Positions 51,980-64,000 of a DNA stretch of 64,000 bases are shown here, piece by piece; position 1 is the first letter of the stretch, and every line of letters begins with the position of its first letter. The position numbers were made by a program, and so were the translations under genes. The stretch comes from Cycas panzhihuaensis (taxonomy: Eukaryota; Plantae; Cycadophyta), in the NCBI GenBank assembly GCA_023213395.1, contig CM041465.1, forward strand, positions 68,517,741-68,581,740. Reading direction: 5' to 3'. Below the pieces are notes generated by a model. That model was not told the DNA's origin. It searched no databases and saw only the letters and a program-made list of their open reading frames with translations.

Positions 51980-54900
51980 TGTTAGGGATCCAACCCCCTA
52001 ACTTACCTTCTCTTATATTCTCTTATATCTTCTACTTCTTCTCTCTCTTATATCTTTTATTTCTTCTACTTCTTCCCTTTTCTTAATATCATTGAGCACT
52101 ATATATATTCATGTAATATCCCACATACATAAGGAGGAGGTTGGGTAGTAAGCATAGAGCCATATATATATCCATGTAATCCTTAGAGTATGATATCTTA
52201 AATATCATTGTTATTACATGTAATTGGGAGGTTGCCCCCTCGAAGGGTATTGCAATACAAGTGCTCTTTAGAGTTATTTGCTTATTATATTGGTGTGCAA
52301 TTGTCATTAAGGAGTGGTATCCTAACAAGTGGTATTAGAGCGATTGATCCATTCTTTGTAGGAGAGTTAAAGGTACTAAATAATCAATTTTTTTCCATCA
52401 CTTTTTTCTCATTAGTACCTATTCTCATTTGATTTCCATTTAGTTACTTTGCTTTTTGGGGGCAGATAATACTGCAACTGAGCAGTTACCCTAACACTAC
52501 CATCGGACAGTTCTCTTTTGCATTTAGATAGAGACCCTGTGCCAGGGGTCTATAAATATCATGAGGATCTGTTGTTTTGGGCTAAGCGCATTGTGGCTTT
52601 TCCGCCCCTTACGTGAAGGACTAGAGATCACACTCCTGAATCAAGTCTTAGACAGAACTCGGCTACGAAATTACACCTCCACGTACCTGCGGGTATATAG
52701 GAGGGCCCTCTAGATAGGCCTCCCTAGTATAGGTAACCATAGGAAACTTATTGATCGTCTGTAATTTGTAGTGCACCAGTAAGCGGTTAGCCCTAGGAAG
52801 TTACTCTCCACATACCCTAGAGACAGGGCAGTACAACTATAGAGTAGAGCGTTTACCTCTGTAAGTGGTTAGCCCCAGGAAGTTACCCTCCACGTACCCT
52901 AAAGACTGGGCAGTACAACTATAGAGTAGAGTGTCTGCCTCTATAAGTTGATACTATTTACGTCTGGAATTAGTATATCGAAGGGCCTACAAACTAGATA
53001 AGCCCATACCTAGTGTACCTGGTTAGTCTATTAGTGGGTTGTGCACACTTAGTCGGTCAGTGAGTCAGTCATCATCAATTTGTTAAATCAAGTGTGTCTA
53101 GCTAGTTTGTCATTAGCTCATGCGCACATAGTCGATCGACCAACGAAGGCCTAAAAAGTAAAAAGTAAAAAAAAGTAAAAAGCAAAAAAAATATTAAAAA
53201 AAAAAAAAAAAAAAACCATATTGCCTCATTGTAAAATATTTGGGATAATAGTCTATAGACACCCCATCAAATCCTTTTCATTCACATTTACCAACTAGAA
53301 TTCAACTTAGGTCTTGTGGACTAATGGCCCCTAAGATGAACTCAATTTGGACTCAAGATCTCAATGATGTTGTTTCACAACTTCGATAAGATATATCACA
53401 AATCCAAAATTACTTCAATGAAATTTTTGAAATAGTAATGCTAGAGCTCACATCCATGAAACCTCTTAAGGAAGAGAAGATTGACCTTGATGATATTACT
53501 CACATAGGTAGGGGTCACTTCGCTAAAGAAGATGAAGGTAATGATGGTAGGCGCTTTCGTCTGAATTTCCTTCCCAAGGTAGAAATCAGGAAGTTCAATG
53601 GCACAGATGTACGTACCTGGATCACCCAAATGGAACAATACTTTTCTCTTCATCAAGTTCCAGCAGATGAGAAGATCCCTCTTACTTCTCTACACATGGA
53701 AATTGAACCCTACCAATGGTACCAATGGGTTATGAAAATAATTGGTGGGCTTAGTTATCAATGGGAGGGTTTTGTCAAGGATCTTATAGCTCAATATAAT
53801 AGTACCTGGGATCATGACCACTTTAACCAGTTAGCTAAAGTTAGACATGATGGGACTATTTCAGCTTATACAAGCAGAATACCAACATCTCTCTGCAAGG
53901 TTTGATGGTCTTTGTCAGGATAAATTACTTGAGTTGTACATTGCTGGATTACGAGATGACATCAGACATGAGTTGTGACTCTTAAAACCTGATAACATCT
54001 CTACAGCTATTAATTTTGTTCGACATATTGAAGCAAAAAATAAGGCATCCCGACGCCTCCAATGAACATTTTTAGAAAAGCGATCACAATTTCAGGTTCC
54101 TGGTGTACGAAGAATGACTTCCCAAGAGATGGATGAGAAATGATTGAAAGGGTTATGTTTTTATTGTAACCAAAAGTGGAATAAAGATCATAAGTGTCCT
54201 GAATGACGTTTATTCATAATAGAGCATGTTCAAGATGAGGAACTAGTAGAAGAAGCCTCATTAAAGCCAGAAAATAATGATTGTGACCCACCTGAGGAGG
54301 AAGAAGAAGATACTGCCACTATATCTGTGCATGCCCTAGCTCGAATTGCATCCCCTCAGACACTCAAACTTATTGAGTATATTAAGAAAAGGAAGGTGGT
54401 AATCCTCATAGATTCTGGTAGCACCCACAATTTCATTAATCGGAAACTTACTAAAGAACTCAATTGTTTTCCATATCCTATCAAAAATTTTGAGGTTATA
54501 GTGGCTAATGGAGGGACACTCACTTGTGGGAAAAAATGTCACAATATCAAGTTGCAAATGGGTGACTATCATCTCTCCACTTCTATGTATGCCATTCATG
54601 TTGGAGGAGTTGATGTTGTATTAGGGATACAATGGCTCAAACCACTCGAGACCATTCAACTAAATATGCAAGAGCTCTTCATCAGATTTACTTATGAAGG
54701 AATTAACTATCAATTGAATGGGATCATTCCTCCGCCGACCCAAATCATCAGCTCACACCATATAGAGAGGCTTATTAAAAAGGGTGGTACAGGAATCATT
54801 GCCAAATATTATGCTCTGGAAGGTCGAGAACTTCTAATAGAAGAGGATATTCTCCAAGATGATGGTATACTAAATTACTTAAAATTGGTACTTCACCGCC

Positions 54901-57900
54901 ATAACCAGGTCTTTTAGGATATTCCTCAAGGTCTTCCCCTAGTACGTGACCAAGATCATAACATTGACCTAGTAGCTGGAAGTAATCCTCCTTGTATTCG
55001 ACCATACTGATATCCCTACCAGCAAAAGAATGAAATTAAACGACTAGTTTAAGAACTCCTTAATACTGGTATTATTAGGAAAAGTAAAAGTACTTTTTCT
55101 ACCCCGGTGATTTTAGTAAGAAAAAAGGATGGCTCATTTCGCATGTATGTAGACTACCACGAGATCAATAAGATAACCATTAAGGATAAATTTCCTATAC
55201 CAGCCATCGATGAACTCTTAGATGAACTCCATGGAGCAATGTTCTTCACATCATTGGAGTTACGATCAAGATACCATCAAATCAGGATCAAAGCAGAGGA
55301 TATTCATAAAACTGCATTTCGTACACATGAAGGTCACTATGAATTTTAGTCATGCCACTTGGCTTGACTAATATCCCATCCACCTTTCAAGGACTCATGA
55401 ATAAACTCTTTCGGCCTTAATTAAGGAAGTTCATGTTAGTCTTTTTTTATAACATTTTGATCTTCAGTCGTATGTGGGAAGACCACCTTCAGCATGTTGA
55501 TAAGGCATTACAGGTTCTTGCAGACAACCAGCTTTATACAAAAAAATCAAAATGTCAATTTGAGCAAACAAAAATAGAATATTTGGGCCATATTATCTCT
55601 CAAGAAGGACTTAAGATGAATCTTAAGAAAATAGCAGTTATCATAAATTGGCCTAAACCTAAAAATATCAAGGGCCTTCGTGGATTCTTCGAAATCACAG
55701 GATATTATCGAAAGTTTGTTCAAGGCTATGCAAGGATTGCTTTCCCTTTAATCAACTTGTTAAAAAAGGATTCCTTTCATTGGAATGATAAGGCCTCTGA
55801 AGCATTTGAACACCTAAAGTTGGCTTTAACTACCACACCAGTCCTTGCAACACCAGACTTTACAAAGACCTTCACCATTGAATGTGATGCATCGGGGCAA
55901 GGTATTGGAGCAGTCTTAATGTAAGAAGGAAAACCTTTGGCCTTTGAAAGTCATCAACTTACACCCAAGGAACAAGTCAAATCCACCTATGAGAAGGAGA
56001 TGTTAGCAATTCTTCATGCAGTTAGGAAATGGTGATAATATTTATTGGGAACACATTTCCAAATTAAAAGAGACCATGATAGCTTAAAATATTTCCTATC
56101 TCAAAGGACAACATCTGAAGAACAACAAAAATGGGTCACCAAAATGCAAGCTTTTGACATTGAAATCATATATAAAAAAGGTAAGGACAATATAGTTGCT
56201 GATGCTTTATCTTATAAGGAAGAACACTATATTCTATCATGACAGTCAATCCCTCTTGGATAGCAGTCGCCAAGAAAGAATGGGATGAGGACTCCTTTAT
56301 AAACCAAATCATTCAAGACCTTCAAGCTGGAATAGGGCATTCAACCCATTATACATGGTCTTCAAATATTCTCTCGCATAAGAATCGAATATATATATGC
56401 CCTCACTCTAACCTTAAGGAGCAAATTTTACATGATGCACATGCCTCTCCAACAGTAGGTCACTCGGGGTTCCTACGAACATACCACCGCTTAAAATAGT
56501 CTTTCTTTTGGAAGGGACAAAAAGGAGATGCAAAGAGATATGTTTCCTCATACGAAATTTGTCAATGACATAAGACAGAAACAGTCAAGTCTCTAGGATT
56601 GTTGCAACCCCTTCCCATACCAAATCAACAATGGGAAGACATTTCTATAGACTTCATCGTGGGTCTACCCAAGTCAGAAGGAAAAGATGTTATATTGGTG
56701 GTTGTTGATAGTCTAACTAAATATGCTCATTTTTGTGGCATTCAAGCCACATATAAGGTAAAGAAAATTGCTAAGGTCTTTTTAAAGGATATACACAGGT
56801 TGCATGGCATGCCCAAATACATAGTCAGTGATCGAGATCCCAAGTTTACCAAAGAACTTCGATGTAACTCTTCCATCTACTTGGTACTAAACTGACAATG
56901 AGCTCATCCTACCATCCACAAACAGATGGAAAAACTAAGGTGGTTAATAAGTACCTTGAAGGATACCTTTGGTGTTATGCTTCAGATAAGCAGGGGCAGT
57001 GGCATCATTGGCTTCCTTTAGTAGAATGGTAGTATAATACAACCTATCATGCATCAACAGGAATAACTCTGTTCCAAGTGTTATATGGCTATGAACCACC
57101 CACACTTAAAAACTATGCCATAATTAGTTCTAAGGTTTAAGCAATCAAAGACCACATCCAACAAACAACACAGATTCTTAAGCTACTTGAAGAAAATTTG
57201 AACCTTGCACAAAATTGGATAAAACAACAGGCAGATAAAGGGCGAAGTGAACGAGCGTTTCAACCAGGTGATTGGGTATACTTATGGTTGCAACCGTATA
57301 AGTAGGCATCTCTCAAATGGAATGGGCAACATAAATTACAACCTCAATTTTATGGGCCTTACAAAATTCTCAGGAAGATTGGTGAAGTTGCATATGCCTT
57401 GGACTTACCACCACTATCAAGGATCCATAATGTCTTTCATGTTTCATGTCTCAAGAAGGTAATTGGGCAACAAGTACAAGTTCAAATAGAATTACCTATC
57501 TTAAATGAGGAGGGGCAACTTCAACTCATTCTAGAATGTATCATCGACTGAAGAATTCAACATCTACGATCTAGACAAATCATTGAGTATCTCAGCAAAT
57601 AGAAACAACTTCTGCGAGAAGATGCAACCTGGGAGAATGAACAATTTATCCTAGAGCACCCTGAGATCACCAAGCTTTGAGGGCAAAGCTTTTTTAAGGG
57701 GAGAACTTTGTTAGGGATCCAACCCCTAACTTACCTTCTCTTATATTCTCTTATATCTTCTACTTCTTCTCTCTCTTATATCTTTTATTTCTTCTACTTC
57801 TTCCCTTTTCTTAATATCCCACATGCATAAGTAGAAGGTTGTGTAGTTGTCATTGAGCACTATATATATTCATGTAATATCCCACATGCATAAGGAGGAG

Positions 57901-58088
57901 GTTGAGTAGTAAGCACAGAGCCATATATACATTCATGTAACCCATAGAGTATGGTATCTTAAATATCATTGTTATTACATGTAATTGGGAGGTTGTCCCC
58001 TCGAAGGGTATTGTAATACAAGTGCTCTTTGGAGTCATTTGCTTATTATATTGGTGTGTAATTATCATTAAGGAGTGGTATCCTAACA
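51980..58088 (+). mobile_element. Full-length degenerate chromovirus Gypsy (Reina-like, 6109 bp)
   Basis: LTRs 51980-52327 and 57709-58088, TSD TTAGT/GTAGT, PBS at 52330, PPT AAGGGGAGAA; gag, LIDSGSTHNF protease, RT, RNase H, integrase and chromodomain (EDATWE). Confidence 0.95.
52779..52947 (+). repeat. Two tandem ~82-bp repeats in the Gypsy 5' UTR
   Basis: GTAAG(C/T)GGTTAGCCC...GGGCAGTACAACTATAGAGTAGAG twice. Confidence 0.85.
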
Positions 58089-61000
58089 GTAGTTGAGTTA
58101 TCATGAAGGTTGGGACTATCCTGCAGTTTCTTTATCCTTATCGATACATACCCCCTCAAGGATCACATCGGTGAGTCCTAATCTGGTACACATCTTTACG
58201 AATTGATCTTTAGTGAGTGGCTTCGTGAACACATCGACAAGATGTAATTCACTCAGACAATAGTCGACCTGTAGCTTTCCTGATTTGATCTATTCATAAA
58301 TGTAATGGTGTTAAATCTCGATATGCTTCGTACACACATGAAACTCTAAATTCTTCGACAGAAGAATAGTACTTTGATTATCAACAAAGAGAATCAAATA
58401 TTCATTGGAAATGCCAAGAAACTCCAAGAGACCTTGCAACCATACTACTTCTTTCGCACTAGCACTGAGTCCTTAATATTCCATTTCTGTAGAAGATAGT
58501 GCCATTATCTGTTGCTTCTTCAACTACCACGAAATAAATCCATTGCTAATACTAAACAGATATCCAGTAGTGAATTTTCGATCGTTGAAATCTTCTTCCT
58601 AATCAGCATCCATGTAGCCATGCAACCTGATCTTCTCATCTCTACAGTATTCAAGACTAAGATTGATTGTCCCCTTCAAATATTTCAGAATCTACTTTGC
58701 TGCCACCAAATAAGGCTCCTGAGGATTTTGCATGTAGCAGGAAAATAATCCAATAGCATAGGTGATATCAGGCCTAGTATAAGTCAAAAATATAAGTCTC
58801 CCTACCAACTAGCGATACTCAGTGCCATCAATAGAAGGTTGGGCCATGTCCTTCTGTAATCTTGCACCTTTTACACATGGTGTTACAATAGGTTTGCAAT
58901 GTTGCATTCCAAATCTCTCTAGTAAGTTCTTCACATACTGTGATTGTAACAACACGATCCTATCTTCCATCTACCTGATCTGAATGCCCAAGAAATAGTG
59001 AAGTTCCCCGAGATCTGTCATGTCAAAGGAAGCTCCTGAATTAAATTTGACTTCAGTTATAGCCTTGCCATGATTATCGTCGATGATTAGATCATCCACA
59101 TACACCATGCAAGTAGCTATGGAAGTCCCTCTTCTCTTCACATATAGGTTTAGGTCGAATTCTAAAATTTCAAAACCTTCAGCTTTTAACTTGGTATCCA
59201 TCTTTTCATACCAAGCACGGGGTGCTTGTTTCAGGCCATAGATTGACTTTTTAAAATGAAAAATAAGATGCTCATGGCCATCCTTAACAAATCCCAGAGG
59301 TTGCGATATGTATATCTCCTCCTTTAGATCCCCATTAAGGAATGTGGACTTAACATTCATTTGGTGTAACTCCCAATCTAACGCAGCTGCCAAGGAAATG
59401 AGTAAGCAGACCATTGTCATTTTGGAGACGGTGCAAATGTCTCAACGTAGTCAACTCCTTCTTTGTGCTTGAATCTCTACGTAACAAGTCTAGCCTTGTA
59501 CTTGTCCACCTCTTCATTGGAGCGAAACTTTGTCTTATAGACCCACTTGCATCCTACAAGGTTCTTCGATAAAGGGAGCGGAACCAAATCCCATGTATTG
59601 TTCTTCATTAGAGAACCATACTCTTCCTCTATTACAGCTCTCCATCGTGGATCTCCTTTTACTTTAGCAAATAAATCAGGATCACTGGAGTCATTGGTGT
59701 CTACCAGTAGAGTTCGACTAGCATGATGACTTCCGGTTCGTCTGTCATCAGTTAGGGTTTGCATCACCACATCGAAATCATTAATAGTTTTCCCTACCCA
59801 AAAAGGTATAAAAGGACTCGTTGCTGGAGGTACTTCTTCTCATGGTAACTTCTCACTATTACTCATCCTACTTAGTCTTGCTTCTCCAGGTGTTATAACG
59901 ACTAGCTCATCGTCCTCTTCGCTTAAAGAATTTGGGAATAGGAGAAGGGGAGGGTAAAAAGGTTCATTTGATGCTCTTTTAGCATGATATATCGATGATT
60001 CATCAAATTTAATATCTCGACTAACCACAATCTTTCCCCCTATGGATCCCATAGTCTGTAGGCTTTGTTCTCGGTGCAATACCCCATGAACATATATTTT
60101 AGACTTTTCTGATCCAACTTCTTTTGGGTATCATCTGGGATATCGGCATATGTAATACACCTAAACGTTCTCAAATGGCTAATAGTAGGATTTCGACCGG
60201 TCCATTTCTCTTCGGGGGTCATACTATGAATTGCCTGAGTGGGTACCCTGTTCAAAATATAAACATCAATTGCCACAGCTTCTGCCCAAAACTTCGGTAG
60301 CAGGTTTTTAGTGTGCACCATACACCTTGCTATCTCCATTGTGGTACGATTCTTTCTTTCAGTAACTCTATTCTATTGTGGAGTATATGGGACTGTAAAC
60401 TCCTACTTTATACGATGGTTGTGGTAGAATCGATTGAACACATGATTATCATACTCCTTTCTATTATCACATCGTAAAGATTTTATTTTGTAATCATATT
60501 CATTTTTAACCATCGCTTTCCATTCACGGAAGCGACCAAATACATCTAACTTGTTCTTGAGAAAATAAACCTAGGCTTTCCTGGTGTAATCATCCACAAA
60601 CACAAGTGTATATTGGGCTCTTGATATTGAAGGGTTTGGGAGTGGTCCCATAATATCTGAGTGCATAAACTCTAACTTCTCCTTGGCTCTCCAGGCATTA
60701 TCCCGAGCAAAAGGATAGCGGTGATGCTTGCTATACATGCACCATTCGCATACACCGTCTGAGCAGGAAAGCGATAGTAGTCCATCCACCATCTTCAACC
60801 TATTTAGTAGTGCAATACTCCTGTAATTAAGGTTCCCAAGGTGATTATGCCACAATGTACTTTCTTCATCCACGTTGGCAATAAAGGCATAGGACTTCTT
60901 CTGAGATTAAAATTTCTCAAACACCCAGAAGTTATCCCTGACTTTCCCAGTAGCTATGACAACAAAGTTCTATTTTGGGTCCTTTATCAAGCACTTATCA

Positions 61001-62877
61001 TTATAGAGCTCCACTTTCATACCTTGTTTGTAGATCTCCTGAGTAAACAGAAGGTTCAACTACATCTTGGGTACATAATATACCCTGGAAACTTGCCTCA
61101 TGTAATGGAAACTTTACCGATACCATCTACTAACAACACGTGAGTATCTCCAAGAACAAACTCAACAACACTTTGATTTACATTCAACTTATCAAAGTTC
61201 CGCCTTTGGTAAGAGATGTGCTTCTGTGCTTCAGAATCTAGCACCCAATAGTCTTTCTGATCTTACTCAACTGACAAGGTTTGTGCTCAAATGCAATGAG
61301 CAACAACACTCTTTCCTTTATCATCCAGGTTACCTTTGCGCTTGCTACGACGCTTGAACCAATAATTCTTTTCGTAGCGACTATCCTTCTTGTAGTAATT
61401 GCACTTTCTATTAAACTTATTCTTGCCTTGAGAGCTTTCTCCAGACTGCTATGTGAACTTCTCCTCCTTAGGGGCCTCCTTCCTTTGAGTTTTCATGGCT
61501 AAGGCCTGACTTAAACCATAACCTCTAAGCAATCCATGATGTTTTAGCTTGGCATCCTCAACTAGAATTAGGTTTTTAATCCCATTAAAAGTTTCTGCCT
61601 CTATCACTTCATCTCTACCATAAATGGTCTGGAATGTGGAGAATGTAACTAGCAACTTCGATATGATTATCACAAATAAAAGCGCATCATCGATCAAGTT
61701 CTGCTTCACTCTTTGGTGTGTTTGTGCTGCTCCTTCTCGTATTTCTCCTGTTGTGCAGGACCCTATTGCTCTAATACCATGTTCGAGAACATGAAATCAT
61801 ATACAGATGTTTCCATACGTAGGATCTTTAACTATACACAACAAGCAATAAATAGAAACACTAAAAACAGGTGCATAGTACATAGTATATACGTACGAAA
61901 CCCTTTTGGGAAAAAATCCACCACAAAAGGATCCTTTGATGGATCACTTGATTATTGCATAATGGATTGATACAATGATCTTTGATGATGAATATACAAG
62001 GCCTTAAGGAATTTATACCCTCCAAGAGGTGTCACTCGATTAGGGTTGTGACCCTCCGAATAAGTCACACCTTTTTAGCTTCATACCTTTTTACTTAATT
62101 AAACCACATTAATATTAACTAAGTGGCTTAATAATTAACTACCATATTAACACTTTATAAGATTTTTAAGGTTTAGGATTATAATTATTTTAATTTCTTA
62201 ATTTATTTTGTGGCTTGTTTTTAGAGAAAATAGACTGAGAAGAATATTTGATTTCTTTTATTTGAACTAATATAAACTAGTATTCAACTAATTGATTTGT
62301 AAGCTAATCAAATGAAATAGAGTTCCCACACTGTTGTCTAGTAATTTTATATTGATTGACATACTTTGGAAGTTTATTGATAGTAAGACAAATAAGTGTA
62401 TTGTTATCTTTTGCATGAGATGTAGTTATGGTTTTATCACCTTGCTTAATTGTTTTAGTCTAGTTTCCTAAATCTATATTTATGAGTTAGAGACTAGATA
62501 AAAACTCCTCAACTCTAGAAAATTCCTTGCATTTTAAGTCATATAATTTTTGCTCAAGCATGGAAATTTGAATGGTATCTACCTTATCGTATTATCTTTA
62601 AGTTCGTCTAAATCAATAAATTACCTACAAATACCTAGTAAGAGAGAGGTTAAGATGGTGCCTAGAGCTCTATCACAGTTCATTAAATAAACCATATATG
62701 CATTTAAAATTTTATCTCAAGGTTTTACAAACTCTCTTGTTATGTACCACCATAACTTTTGTTGTTTAAGCTGGCTAATTATTTCAACTTTCCAGTCAAT
62801 ATAATTTGAGTCATTTAGAACTAGAATTTAGGTAGAGGGGATGGCCCTAGATATAAAAGTGATTTTAGAAAAAGAAA

Positions 62878-64000
<1,123 letters not shown>

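Larger units (their letters stand above)
51560..62152 (-). mobile_element. Copia element with both LTRs and a 5' gag deletion, hosting a Gypsy insertion
   Basis: LTRs 51560-51935 and 61780-62152, TSD CTCTA/CTTTA, PBS TGGTATTAGAGC at 61768-61779, PPT; HSDIMGP, FVDDYTR, KSIYGLKQAPRAWY, YVDDL motifs. Confidence 0.92.

Overview
Plant nuclear DNA. The very long intron and deeply nested old retroelements suggest a large-genome seed plant such as a gymnosperm (inference). The only host gene is the 3' half of an NDT1/NDT2-type NAD+ mitochondrial carrier (four + strand exons, 28998-30267). Its upstream exons were not found in the window, so 1-28997 is probably one intron of at least 29 kb. The rest is a nest of transposons: a tRNA-Glu-primed Gypsy 5' end, two Reina-like chromoviruses, a 360-bp TRIM, several degenerate Copia elements (one chimeric, one part of a four-level nest), a hAT transposase relic, two non-autonomous LTR elements and a TA run of more than 1.1 kb. 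The standout is a 4.66-kb non-coding LTR element at 22244-26903 (- strand) whose 368-bp LTRs look identical by eye. Its interior is packed with stem-loops: an array of constant-stem, variable-loop hairpins, a duplicated multi-branch domain with a compensatory change, and five 44-bp hairpin repeats whose G-U pairing points to the element's sense RNA. All alignments and folds were done by eye.
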